Of a DNA stretch of 56,777 nucleotides, positions 39,123-49,055 are shown one piece after another (the stretch's first letter is position 1; each line of letters begins with the position of its first letter). The notes beneath the pieces are model-generated. The model ran no database searches. It had not been told where the DNA came from and saw nothing but the letters and a program-made list of their open reading frames with translations. Source of the stretch: Pseudomonadota bacterium (GTDB lineage Bacteria > Bdellovibrionota > FAC87 > UBA2466); assembly GCA_009927005.1 (NCBI GenBank), contig RFNV01000176.1, forward strand, positions 1 to 56,777. The letters run 5' to 3'. Both the position numbers and the translations under genes were made by a program.

Positions 39123-40488
39123 TCGCTCGAAGCATCTGGCGCGGATCAAGAATCTTATCTAACTCTTCTCTCGGTATTGAAAGCATCTCAAGAGCAACAT
39201 CATACACAGTTCTGTTTTCTCGGTAGGCCCGCTTCGCTACTTCACCAGCCTTATCGTAGCCTACTTTTAACGCAAGCGGAGTCGCCAACATCAAATTTCG
39301 CTTAAGCAGCTCATCCATACGCTCCGGATTCGCTTGAATTCCACGAACACACTTTTTTTCAAACATCTCAATACCGTTAGCAAGAATCTCAATTGACTCT
39401 AATAAAGTAAAAGCAATGAGGGGCATCATCGTGTTGAGTTCAAAATTCCCCGAAGCTGCCGCCCAAGTTAACGCAGCATCATTTCCAATTGCCTTTGCAC
39501 AGATTTGCAAAAGCGACTCGGGAATCACTGGGTTTACTTTCCCAGGCATAATGCTACTTCCGGGTTGAACCTCTGGAAGGTTAATTTCCGAAATCCCCGC
39601 TCTCGGACCACAAGCGAGCCATCTCAGGTCATTGGCAATTTTAGTAAGTGAAACAGCAAGTGTTTTAAGAGCTCCGCTCATTTCTAAACAACCATCTTTT
39701 GAAGCCTGAGCTTCAAAGTGATTAGTGGCTTCCTTGAATTTAAACCCTGTCTTTTTTGAAACGCTAAGACAGACTCGTTTTCCAAACTCCGGGTGAGTGT
39801 TTACTCCGGTTCCCACGGCAGTTCCGCCAACGGCTAACTCCAACAACGAAGCCAAAGCATTTTCAACCCGTCGTTTTCCCTTTCTCACTTGTTCCAGATA
39901 ACCTGAGAACTCCTGACTGAGCAGAATGGGAGTGGCATCCTGGAGATGGGTTCGCCCCACTTTTATAAATCCCTTAAACTCCTTTATCTTCACTTCCAGC
40001 CCCTCCTCCAAATGTTTTAAGTGAGGAAGAAGCTTTCTTTCAATCATCAGAACAGCGCTGACATGAATTGCAGAGGGAAAAATATCGTTGCTCGATTGCC
40101 CCTTATTAACATGATCATTGGGATGAACTCTTTTTTTTGATTTTTGAGAAGCAAGAGTTGCGATCACTTCGTTAAAGTTCATATTGGTGCTGGTTCCTGA
40201 GCCCGTTTGAAAAACATCCACGGGAAAGTGGTCTCGATGTTCCCCCTTTTCAATTTCTTCTGCCGCTTTGATAATAGCTTTCGCAATTTGCGGCTCCAAA
40301 AGCCCAAGCTCCCAATTAGTTTCTGCAGCTGCCTGTTTTAGCAAGGAAAATGCCTCGAAAAATTCCGATGGAAACTGAAGACGGCTAATGGGAAAATTTT
40401 CAACAGCTCGCTGAGTGCCTGCTCCCCAAAGTTTCCCCTCAGGTATCCTTATCTCTCCCAACGCATCTTTTTCTTTTCGAAAGGCCAT
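39109..40488 (-). CDS. fumC: Fumarate hydratase class II
   Basis: QTGSGTSTNMN, GRTHLQDA and GSSIMPGKVNP motifs. Confidence 0.96.
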   Translation of the reverse strand: MAFRKEKDALGEIRIPEGKLWGAGTQRAVENFPISRLQFPSEFFEAFSLLKQAAAETNWELGLLEPQIAKAIIKAAEEIEKGEHRDHFPVDVFQTGSGTSTNMNFNEVIATLASQKSKKRVHPNDHVNKGQSSNDIFPSAIHVSAVLMIERKLLPHLKHLEEGLEVKIKEFKGFIKVGRTHLQDATPILLSQEFSGYLEQVRKGKRRVENALASLLELAVGGTAVGTGVNTHPEFGKRVCLSVSKKTGFKFKEATNHFEAQASKDGCLEMSGALKTLAVSLTKIANDLRWLACGPRAGISEINLPEVQPGSSIMPGKVNPVIPESLLQICAKAIGNDAALTWAAASGNFELNTMMPLIAFTLLESIEILANGIEMFEKKCVRGIQANPERMDELLKRNLMLATPLALKVGYDKAGEVAKRAYRENRTVYDVALEMLSIPREELDKILDPRQMLRATIPK

Positions 40489-40494
40489 AGAGAA

Positions 40495-41184
40495 TCAAAT
40501 GAAATCGATGGGAACAATTTCCTCTTTTAATTTAGGAATGCTTTCTCTGAATTTTTCTTCGTTCGGAATAACAAACACAGAGTCTGTTTTTTTGATGAGA
40601 AGATTTGTTTTGAGGAGGCCGTCCAGCATTTCTTCCAATTGATATGAGTTAATATCTAAGTAGTAGTTGATAGTCTCAAAATTCACGATGATGGCTTGTC
40701 CTTCAGAGCAGGGGTGCCCATGATAAACACAGAAGTGCAACAGCAACTGAAGAAACCGTTCCGTCGGGTGTGACGACCGGAACTTTTGCACTAAGAGATT
40801 CATGCGGTGAATTCGCTCATGAGAGATTCGCAGCGTGGCCTCTAAGATCTCAATCAAAAGGTCTGGCGCCTTTTGACGTAAATCCTTAATCGCTGTTTGA
40901 TTAAACTCCAGATAGGACACATCTCCTAGAGCTCGAGCTCCAAACACGCGAGCAAAAACAGATGGGTCAAACAAGGCCTTCTCGCCCAGCATATTTCCGG
41001 CCCCCAAATAATTAATGACAGAAAACCGATCATTTTTTTTAGCGACCAATTCAATGATGCCGCGAGTGATTATCAAAAAGCTCGTTGCAGGGAATCCCTG
41101 TTCAAACAAAAGCGTCCCCGATTTTGCATTTTTTCGGTAGGGATCCAATGCGGGAGAATCCCAAAAAAAGTCGTGTAATTTCAT
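40495..41184 (-). CDS. Crp/Fnr-family cyclic-nucleotide-binding protein
   Basis: LFEQG, LGAGNMLGE...R cNMP pocket; divergent C-terminal winged HTH. Confidence 0.8.
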   Translation of the reverse strand: MKLHDFFWDSPALDPYRKNAKSGTLLFEQGFPATSFLIITRGIIELVAKKNDRFSVINYLGAGNMLGEKALFDPSVFARVFGARALGDVSYLEFNQTAIKDLRQKAPDLLIEILEATLRISHERIHRMNLLVQKFRSSHPTERFLQLLLHFCVYHGHPCSEGQAIIVNFETINYYLDINSYQLEEMLDGLLKTNLLIKKTDSVFVIPNEEKFRESIPKLKEEIVPIDFI

Positions 41185-41204
41185 TAATATTCCTTGTCCT
41201 AATC

Positions 41205-41231
41205 TTATCGGCCGATTCCCCTGACTTTTTA
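41205..41231 (-). promoter_or_regulatory. Sigma-28 (FliA) promoter
   Basis: Minus strand reads TAAA-AAGTCAGGGGAATCG(15 nt)-GCCGATAA, an exact consensus match 20 nt upstream of the Crp-like start. Confidence 0.8.
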
Positions 41232-41342
41232 ATTAAAAAAAACCTGGATGCGCGGCGCGTTACCCGAGGGACTTTCCTTGTCTTAAGAGCCCTGTCCCCC
41301 TATGATGCCGAAGTATTTTTCTAAACATCTAGGAGTTCCAGT

Positions 41343-42116
41343 TTGGTCCAATCACTTAAAAACTTCGCTCAACTTTTGCTCTTGATTTTAGGGCTTTTTG
41401 CCTTGCGTTCGTCTCTTGTCGAACCCTACGTGGTTCCTACAGGGTCCATGGAACCCACTCTAAAAACAGGCGATCGTCTTTATGCACTCAAATGCGCTTA
41501 CGATTTTAAATTTCCTTTTACGAACTGGACGGTATTTCATTTAGGCGAGGTCAAAAGAGGCGATGTGATTTTATTTCAAGCCCCTCACCGACCCGAAATG
41601 ACTTATGTAAAAAGAGCCGTGGGACTTCCTGGCGATAGACTAGAAATTCAAAATGGAGTTCTTTATGTAAACGGTCAGGAAATGCTTAAATCCGAATTCT
41701 CAGATAGAAGTATCCTGTACGACATTGAAAGAAACAGCGATAAACGCCTGTACGTTGAAAACTTAACGGGTAAAAAACACTTTGTAATTTTAGACTCCAT
41801 GGCTGATGGAAATCCCAGCCGGTATTTAGAGCCGATCACAGTTCCCGAAGGACACCTGTTTGCTGTGGGAGATAACCGAGACAATAGCTACGATTCTCGT
41901 GCTTGGGGGTTTGTGCCCATGGACAATTTGAAAGGAAAAGCTCTCTTTATTTGGTTCTCGGGCTGGGATCCCTTGTTAAAAGAAAGCATGGTCAAACAGC
42001 ATTCCCTTGTGGAGCAAATTGCTTACTTCGTAGTAGATTTTTTCCGTTTCACTTTTGATTGGATTCGAGGAGAAGCTTGGATTCGATATGAAAAAATTGG
42101 AACTTTGATTCATTAG
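41343..42116 (+). CDS. lepB: Signal peptidase I
   Basis: PTGSMEPTL, RGDVILF, YVKRAVGLPGD and GDNRDNSYDSR motifs; AGGAG RBS before TTG. Confidence 0.95.
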   Translation: MVQSLKNFAQLLLLILGLFALRSSLVEPYVVPTGSMEPTLKTGDRLYALKCAYDFKFPFTNWTVFHLGEVKRGDVILFQAPHRPEMTYVKRAVGLPGDRLEIQNGVLYVNGQEMLKSEFSDRSILYDIERNSDKRLYVENLTGKKHFVILDSMADGNPSRYLEPITVPEGHLFAVGDNRDNSYDSRAWGFVPMDNLKGKALFIWFSGWDPLLKESMVKQHSLVEQIAYFVVDFFRFTFDWIRGEAWIRYEKIGTLIH

Positions 42117-42120
42117 TACC

Positions 42121-45100
42121 ATGTCTGATTTTTCTCATCTTCATTTACACTCTCAATACAGTCTGTTGGAGAGTTCTATCCGACTGGATGAACTCTTTAA
42201 GCTCGCGTGTGAATACAAGATGTCCGCCGTCGGGCTCACAGACCACGGTAACATGTTTGGGGCAGTAGATTTTTATTTGAAAGCAAAAAAATATGGACTC
42301 AAACCGGTTTTAGGTTGCGAAGTCTATGTAGCTCCTGGGGGGCGCCTCTTAAGAGGAAACACCGGCAATGCAGATGAAGAAATCGCTCCCTACGCGGTAG
42401 GACGTTCTGGCCTCCAACACTTGGTCCTCCTGGTTCAGAACGAAATCGGATATCAAAACCTCAGCAAGCTTGTCAGCTCAGGTTACTTAGAAGGCTTTTA
42501 TTACCGGCCTCGAATCGACAAAGATCTTTTAGCCCAGCACTCAGAGGGGCTCATTGCTACTTCTGCCTGCCTCAAGGGAGAAGTCACCAGTGCCGCTATG
42601 ATTGGCGACATGGATCGAGCCCGAGAAGCAGCTAAATGGTTTCAAAAAGTTTTTCCAGGACGCTTCTATCTTGAAATGCAACAAAATGGGCTTCACCAGC
42701 AAATGGTTGTTAACGACAGGTTTCAAGAGCTCGCAAAAGAACTCGGCATCCCCTTGGTAGCTACTGCTGATTGCCATTACTTGCGCAGAGAGGATGCTCT
42801 CTCTCAAGAAGTTTTAATGGCTATTCAAACCGGGCAAAAAATGGAGGAAATGTCTGGAGCTTCGCTAGTCAGTCAGGAGTTTTATTTCAAGTCACAAGAA
42901 ACGATGAAGCAAGAGTTTTCATTCTGTCCAGAGGCAATTGAAAACACTCAGAAGATTGTGAACTCTTGTCACTTTGAATTTAAGTTTAAAGATGATCAGG
43001 GAAAAAAGATTTATCATTTTCCGAAATTTGATCCTCCTCAGGGACTTTCTCAACAAGAACACTTAAATCAGCTTTCAAGTGAGGGCTTACAGGTTCGATT
43101 AGAAGAGTCTAAAAAATACCACCAGAAAAGTTTTTCTCCTGAAGACCTCAAAAAATATGATGAGCGATTAGAAAAAGAACTGGGAATCATTAACTCGATG
43201 GGGTTCACAGGATACTTTTTAATTGTTCAAGACTTTATCGGTTTTGCAAAGAAACAGGGAATTCCTGTGGGGCCGGGTCGTGGATCGGGAGCTGGTAGTT
43301 TAGTCGCTTACTGTTTACGAATTACGGAACTTGATCCTCTTGAGCACGGACTTCTTTTTGAACGTTTCTTAAATCCTGAGCGAGTCTCTTTGCCAGACTT
43401 TGACGTCGACTTCTGTATGGATAGACGCCCCGAAGTGATTGAGTATGTATCTCAGAAGTATGGCAAAGATTGTGTGGCTCAAATTATTACTTTTGGAAAC
43501 TTAAAAGCTCGTGGGGTTACTCGAGATGTTGGGCGAGTCATGGGGATGCAGGCCCAGGACGTAGATAAAATCGCTAAATTAGTTCCCGAAGAAATTAACA
43601 TCACTCTCAATGAAGCTTTTGAAAAAGAGCCTCGTTTAAGAGCGCTGACGGAAACAGATCCTCAAATCCATACTCTTTTTGAAATCAGTCGACGAATTGA
43701 AGGGCTCTATCGACATGCAGGGATTCATGCGGCGGGGCTAGTCATCTCTAACCGTCCGATGGTGGAACATTGCCCTCTTTATCGCGGAAAAAATGATGAG
43801 CTAGTTATCCAGTACGACATGAAAAAGGCTGAGGAGATTGGCCTTATTAAATTTGACTTCTTAGGTTTAAAAACTCTGACTTTTCTTAAAAAAGCAGAAG
43901 CTCTTGTGAACGAAAAGCATCCCGAGGCTCGACTTGAGTTAGATAAGATCAGCCTTGCTGATACGAAAACTTTTGAACTTCTTTGTCAGGGAGATACGAA
44001 TGGGATTTTCCAGCTTGAAAGTTCAGGGATGCAAGATCTTCTTCGAAGAGCAAAACCCAACCGCTTTGCGGATATCGTAGCTATCACTTCGCTCTATCGG
44101 CCAGGTCCCATGGTAATGCTGGATGACTACGTCGGCCGCAAGCACGGACAAATTCCCATTGAATATGACTTTGAGGAACTCAGACCCATCTTGGCTGAAA
44201 CCTACGGAATTATGGTTTATCAGGAGCAAGTGCAACAAATTGCTATGAAGCTCGCAAGCTACACTGCAGGTGGTGCAGATTTGCTCCGAAGAGCGATGGG
44301 AAAAAAGATTCCGGAGGAAATGGCAAAGCAGAAAGAAGTCTTTCTGGAAGGTACAACCAAAAATAACCATGACCGAGTAAAAGCTGAGAAATTATTCGAC
44401 TTGATGGCGAATTTTGCTGGCTATGGTTTTAATAAATCCCATGCGGCTGCTTATTCAGTAGTCACTTGCCAAACGGCTTATTTAAAATCTCACTACCCCG
44501 TTATCTTTTTTGCCAGCTTGCTTTCCATTGAGCGAGAAGACACAGACAAAATCACCAAATACATTGCAGACGCTAATAAGCACCAAATTTCTGTTCTTGC
44601 CCCTGACATCAATGAATCTGAAACCGACTTTACAGTTCTCTCGGAGTCTCAAATTCGATTTGGCCTCGGAGCTATCAAAGGGGTGGGGCAAATTGCTATC
44701 GATAATATTCTTGAAGCAAGAAAAACGGGTGGAAAGTTCTCAGATCTCTTTGATTTTTGCTCCAGAACCAATAATCGAATGGTAAACAAAAGAGTCTTGG
44801 AAGCTTTGATTAAGGCTGGGGCATTCGATAGCTTTAATGTTCATCGGGCCTCGATTTTTAAAGCTATTGATTCGGCATTGGAGCTGGGAGGAAGCGCACA
44901 AAAGCTCAGAGATGAACAGCAACCCAGTTTTTCAGATCTTTTGGGCGAGCAGGACAACAGCTTTACTCAACACCGTTTTACTTACCCCGAAACTAAACCT
45001 TGGACGCTTCTCGAAAAATTACGGTTTGAAAAAGAAACTATTGGGTTTTACGTTACCGGGCATCCTCTCGATGAGTTCAATTGGGAAACCGAAAGATACA

Positions 45101-45678
45101 CGACGACCACAGTACAAGAGTGTGTTGCCCACCCCACCAATAAAGAAGTCTTTATCGCTGCTTCTATAGTGACAATGCGAGAAATCATCACCAAACGTGG
45201 GGATCGAATGGCATTTGTTACTTTGGGGGATAAAACCGGAGAAATTGAAGCGGTGGTTTTCTCGGATGTCTATCTAGAGAACGAAGGAACCTTCAAAAGT
45301 GATGAGCCTATTTGGGTCAAAGCCCAATTAGAAAGAGGAGAATCCGGAGCTAAACTTCTTTTATCTAAAAAAAGCCAATCCCAGGTGCTTCCGCTCAGAT
45401 ATGCCTTTGAAGCCTTAGCGCGAGAAATGCACCTGTACTTTGATCAAGATGCAAGTGACTTCTTGAAAGATGCCAAACGAGTGCAACAACTCCAGCAGTT
45501 TTTGTCGTATCAAACCCCCAAGGAGGAACGCGGGTTTGGACCTCTCTTTTTCCATGTTCAAACACTTCCCACGACGTCTACCACTCTGCGTTGGAAGGGG
45601 ACTGTTCCATTGCGAAGAGAAACGGTACACTTTATGAAGAATCTCCTAGATGAAAGGGTTCGAATTGAGTTTCGTTAG
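42121..45678 (+). CDS. dnaE: DNA polymerase III alpha subunit
   Basis: HLHLHSQYS PHP domain, GPGRGSGAGS, PDFDVDF, KFDFLGL and GYGFNKSH motifs. Confidence 0.98.
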   Translation: MSDFSHLHLHSQYSLLESSIRLDELFKLACEYKMSAVGLTDHGNMFGAVDFYLKAKKYGLKPVLGCEVYVAPGGRLLRGNTGNADEEIAPYAVGRSGLQHLVLLVQNEIGYQNLSKLVSSGYLEGFYYRPRIDKDLLAQHSEGLIATSACLKGEVTSAAMIGDMDRAREAAKWFQKVFPGRFYLEMQQNGLHQQMVVNDRFQELAKELGIPLVATADCHYLRREDALSQEVLMAIQTGQKMEEMSGASLVSQEFYFKSQETMKQEFSFCPEAIENTQKIVNSCHFEFKFKDDQGKKIYHFPKFDPPQGLSQQEHLNQLSSEGLQVRLEESKKYHQKSFSPEDLKKYDERLEKELGIINSMGFTGYFLIVQDFIGFAKKQGIPVGPGRGSGAGSLVAYCLRITELDPLEHGLLFERFLNPERVSLPDFDVDFCMDRRPEVIEYVSQKYGKDCVAQIITFGNLKARGVTRDVGRVMGMQAQDVDKIAKLVPEEINITLNEAFEKEPRLRALTETDPQIHTLFEISRRIEGLYRHAGIHAAGLVISNRPMVEHCPLYRGKNDELVIQYDMKKAEEIGLIKFDFLGLKTLTFLKKAEALVNEKHPEARLELDKISLADTKTFELLCQGDTNGIFQLESSGMQDLLRRAKPNRFADIVAITSLYRPGPMVMLDDYVGRKHGQIPIEYDFEELRPILAETYGIMVYQEQVQQIAMKLASYTAGGADLLRRAMGKKIPEEMAKQKEVFLEGTTKNNHDRVKAEKLFDLMANFAGYGFNKSHAAAYSVVTCQTAYLKSHYPVIFFASLLSIEREDTDKITKYIADANKHQISVLAPDINESETDFTVLSESQIRFGLGAIKGVGQIAIDNILEARKTGGKFSDLFDFCSRTNNRMVNKRVLEALIKAGAFDSFNVHRASIFKAIDSALELGGSAQKLRDEQQPSFSDLLGEQDNSFTQHRFTYPETKPWTLLEKLRFEKETIGFYVTGHPLDEFNWETERYTTTTVQECVAHPTNKEVFIAASIVTMREIITKRGDRMAFVTLGDKTGEIEAVVFSDVYLENEGTFKSDEPIWVKAQLERGESGAKLLLSKKSQSQVLPLRYAFEALAREMHLYFDQDASDFLKDAKRVQQLQQFLSYQTPKEERGFGPLFFHVQTLPTTSTTLRWKGTVPLRRETVHFMKNLLDERVRIEFR

Positions 45679-46780
45679 ATTTTCAATCCTCGTTTTATTA
45701 ACTTTAGTCTGCTTCAACGCTCAGGCTGAAGCTCCATTCACCGTTTCTGCTCCTCTTACCAGCGCTCCTCAAGCCGAAGCAGAATCCTCAGAAGATGCAA
45801 CCCCTGCTCTTCTTTCAAAGCTCAAACAAGATGCGATTATGCAATGGCTCAAGGATTACATGGGAAACAAAGCAAGCCGTTACGAAAAATTAGTCACTGC
45901 CAAATTCGCTGAATCCTACATTTTGGATTACAAAGTAACCCAAAAAGGACCCAATAAGGAGATCGTTGAGCTCTCAGGCCACTTGGATACTGAAGCCCTC
46001 AAGGGTTGGCTGCGCTTAGCAGATACAAAAGGTCAGGAGGGGGGACAAATTCGTCCTTCGCTGATCATGACGGAATCTATTCCCGATTTTTCTTTGCCGA
46101 CGCCCGATTATTTCACTCAAAAAGGTTCTTCGGTTTATACGCAAACCTCAATTCAACTTCTCAATCAAGAACTCAAACGACTGAATTTGAAATTAATTCC
46201 AGCAAATGAGTTGGTAACAACTGCCCCCCCAAAAGATGAAAGAGGCATCAGCCGACTCAAGGATTTTCTAGCGACCGAAGGAACAAATGCAGCAATTTGG
46301 TTGTACTTAAATAAGTGCAAGAGCTGTGATTCCCCACGGTTGGATGTTTATCTGTATTCGCTGGAGCGAGGGGGAAGCCTTCTATCCATAATTAGCGAGG
46401 AGTTATCGCTGACTCTAAAACAGTTGGATAGTCCAGATAAAACAAAAACGGTACTCAATCCGATTTTCAATCAGTTCCAACAAGACTTTGAAAGAGCCAT
46501 TGCGGAAGGGCGTTTTACTGCGCTTCCTTTGACGATCACAGTTGAGGGAATCGAAACCTATTTGGGATATCGAAAAATTGATTATGCTCTGAGCAAACAA
46601 AGCTACTTTTCAGAATGGCTTCCCAAAACCTTTGTCCAAAACACGGCACAGTTTGAGGCGATGAGCAATTTAGCCAGTGAGGAAGTGGCTCAACGCATCG
46701 AAAACTTAGGCGTGGCAGATGTTAAGCTTACCTTAGTCCGCGTTGATTCTCGCAATATAGTCGTGAGATACTCTCGTTAA
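45650..46780 (+). CDS. Hypothetical exported protein
   Basis: 376 aa, signal peptide ending AQA, overlaps the dnaE stop. Confidence 0.7.
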   Translation: MKGFELSFVRFSILVLLTLVCFNAQAEAPFTVSAPLTSAPQAEAESSEDATPALLSKLKQDAIMQWLKDYMGNKASRYEKLVTAKFAESYILDYKVTQKGPNKEIVELSGHLDTEALKGWLRLADTKGQEGGQIRPSLIMTESIPDFSLPTPDYFTQKGSSVYTQTSIQLLNQELKRLNLKLIPANELVTTAPPKDERGISRLKDFLATEGTNAAIWLYLNKCKSCDSPRLDVYLYSLERGGSLLSIISEELSLTLKQLDSPDKTKTVLNPIFNQFQQDFERAIAEGRFTALPLTITVEGIETYLGYRKIDYALSKQSYFSEWLPKTFVQNTAQFEAMSNLASEEVAQRIENLGVADVKLTLVRVDSRNIVVRYSR

Positions 46781-46812
46781 GTCTTTTTTTCTCTAAATCC
46801 TCGGGGGTCAGT

Positions 46813-47787
46813 ATGGCTCGAATCCTTATCCTTTTGTGCTTTTTGCTTTCTAGCTGCGCTTTACTTGATCTCGAGAAAGCCTCTTCCTCCGGATCCTCTC
46901 AAGATATAGCTTCGGTTAATAACTCAGACACTCCCATAGTCGAAACAAAAAGAAGAAGTTCTCAAGACTCGTCTAAACAAGCGTTACGGAAGCGAATCCT
47001 AGTTCTTCCCTTTCGGAATGAAAGCTCTGTCGGAGGGCCGGAGCTCAGCCAATTTGCCGCTGAAGAAGTAAGAAACAAATTGGATAGTGTGGATGAGTTT
47101 ATTGTAGTGCGAGACCAAGATGTCCCTGGAGCCTCTTTGTTAAATGCCCCTGCGAATGAATCAGATTTGGTTCCCCTCATAGAAGCTGCTCGCGCTCATG
47201 GCCTTGTCGCCTTGGTGATTGGTACTCTGAAGGATGTCCGGATCAAAGAACGAGGAAATCAGGTGGGTCTTTTTCAAACTCGCTATAACACGGTTCAAAC
47301 AAGTTTAGAGATAAAGTTACTCGATGTGACCACTCAGAAATTCACGGTAGCAAAAGATCTCAGTGCGGAAGTCACTGAGGAAAATACACGCTTTTTCGGT
47401 AGCCGCTCACTTGCATCCACCGACGCAGTCAAAGCAGAAGGGGCAGTCAGCAAAGCAGTGGAACAACTGATCCCGGTATTTTCTTCGGAAGCTCACCGAA
47501 TTGGATGGAGCGGAAGGATTGCCAAAATCGATGTTCACCGGTTTTATATTAATGCAGGTGAGTTAAGTGGAGTTTCCCGTAACCAGTTGCTGAGAGTTTT
47601 CGGAGAAGCGGAGCCTGTAGTTGATAAAGAGTCCGGGTTGGTCATTGGGATGGCCCCTGGCAGATTTAAGGGATTGTTAAAAGTGGTTGATTTTTTTGGC
47701 GAGGACGGAGCGATTGCCATTGTTCATTCCGGAGCTGGATTTCTTGAACGCGATAGAGTTGAAGCGTACGTTCCCCCTGCCCCCTGA
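46813..47787 (+). CDS. Lipoprotein, CsgG/FlgT-like
   Basis: Lipobox LSSC; RKRILVLPFRN alpha/beta domain; C-terminal YINAG...G...L.V beta domain. Confidence 0.65.
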   Translation: MARILILLCFLLSSCALLDLEKASSSGSSQDIASVNNSDTPIVETKRRSSQDSSKQALRKRILVLPFRNESSVGGPELSQFAAEEVRNKLDSVDEFIVVRDQDVPGASLLNAPANESDLVPLIEAARAHGLVALVIGTLKDVRIKERGNQVGLFQTRYNTVQTSLEIKLLDVTTQKFTVAKDLSAEVTEENTRFFGSRSLASTDAVKAEGAVSKAVEQLIPVFSSEAHRIGWSGRIAKIDVHRFYINAGELSGVSRNQLLRVFGEAEPVVDKESGLVIGMAPGRFKGLLKVVDFFGEDGAIAIVHSGAGFLERDRVEAYVPPAP

Positions 47788-47805
47788 TTTACATAGGGTG
47801 TTTAT

Positions 47806-48396
47806 TTGAAAGCAGTACTTCCCAATTTGTTGACCCTCTCTCGTCTGGTTCTCATGCCAGTAAGTCTTTATTTTCTGGCGGATAATGAACCTGGTCCCGC
47901 TCTTGCCGTCTATCTTTTCATTGCCCTCACCGATTTCTGGGATGGCACCCTCGCTCGGCGCTGGAATACGTGTACTTTACTGGGGGTAGTACTGGATCAA
48001 ATCTCCGATAAGTTAGTTGGGTTGGGATTTTTCCTCGGTTTAACTTATCTTGGTTTTTGTCCGGTCTGGTTCTTAGGGGTGGTTTTCCTCACTGCCGCTT
48101 TTCTTGGCTTCGGTTACTTATATTCCCAATTTATTCCCAACCTTTCTGGGCCGCAGGCAAGTTTAAAAATAGGCAAATGGAACACGGCTCTTCAATATGT
48201 TTGGATTGGTTGGATCATTTTTAGTGAGTGTTTTTTTGGCAAAACGCCTAACTTCCCTTATGTTAGGAGCATCAACCAGGTAGGTTTTTTTGCCTTAGCC
48301 ATTTTGCAACTGATAGTGTTTGGTCAATATGCCTCCAGAATGCTCAAAAGTAAGCAGCTCTTTAAAAGCCACAACAATCATCCGGCAAAACATTGA
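47806..48396 (+). CDS. CDP-alcohol phosphatidyltransferase (PgsA-like)
   Basis: PNLLTLSR and TDFWDGTLARR...G..LDQISDK signature. Confidence 0.9.
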   Translation: MKAVLPNLLTLSRLVLMPVSLYFLADNEPGPALAVYLFIALTDFWDGTLARRWNTCTLLGVVLDQISDKLVGLGFFLGLTYLGFCPVWFLGVVFLTAAFLGFGYLYSQFIPNLSGPQASLKIGKWNTALQYVWIGWIIFSECFFGKTPNFPYVRSINQVGFFALAILQLIVFGQYASRMLKSKQLFKSHNNHPAKH

Positions 48397-49003
48397 TTGG
48401 CAGGATCTCGAAAAGTTGCAAAGCGAACTCATTCAGCAAGTAGAAGAAGATCCCTCCCGTTTTTTTCTTCTGATTTCCGAACCCTCGTCGACTTTTACTT
48501 TTGGTAGAAACGCATCTCCAGACGATTTACTTTGGACCCCCGCTGAGCTGAAAGAAAAGGGAGTGGGATTAGCTCAAGTTTCTCGAGGAGGTAAGTGGAC
48601 TTACCATGGACCGGGTCAAATAGTTATTTACCCTATCGTAAATATTAAATCGCTGGGATTTAACTCAAAAGAAGCCAGACGATTTGTAGAGACACTTCGA
48701 CAGGCTGTTCTGGACTCTTGTAAAGCCTGGGGATTACCCGCGCAGACGGCAGATGAGCCCTTTGGTATTTTCGTGAACACAAAAAAGTTGGTTTCTTTTG
48801 GACTTTCATTTAAAGACGGAATCTCCTCTCATGGTTTGTCTGTTTGCTTTTTTCCTCAACAAAACTTCTTCTCTGGAATTCGGCCGTGCGGACAATCCAA
48901 AAGTGTTTTTACTTCTCTTCAGGAACACCTCCCCAATCTCACATGGCACGACGCGGCAACTTCTTTGACTGATTCCATCAAAAAAAGTTTCAAAATCTGT
49001 TAA
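48320..49003 (+). CDS. lipB: Lipoyl(octanoyl) transferase
   Basis: RGGKWTYHGPGQIVIYP, KLVSFG...SHG and PCG motifs; start uncertain. Confidence 0.88.
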   Translation: MVNMPPECSKVSSSLKATTIIRQNIDWQDLEKLQSELIQQVEEDPSRFFLLISEPSSTFTFGRNASPDDLLWTPAELKEKGVGLAQVSRGGKWTYHGPGQIVIYPIVNIKSLGFNSKEARRFVETLRQAVLDSCKAWGLPAQTADEPFGIFVNTKKLVSFGLSFKDGISSHGLSVCFFPQQNFFSGIRPCGQSKSVFTSLQEHLPNLTWHDAATSLTDSIKKSFKIC

Positions 49004-49055
49004 AGACCGCTAATCTTTATCGAATCTGTAGATTCTTCAGAGGAGAAAATCGACT

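Noticed and set aside
42121-45678. Intein or error-prone DnaE2
   Set aside because: Normal length, no visible intein motifs, no imuAB neighbours.
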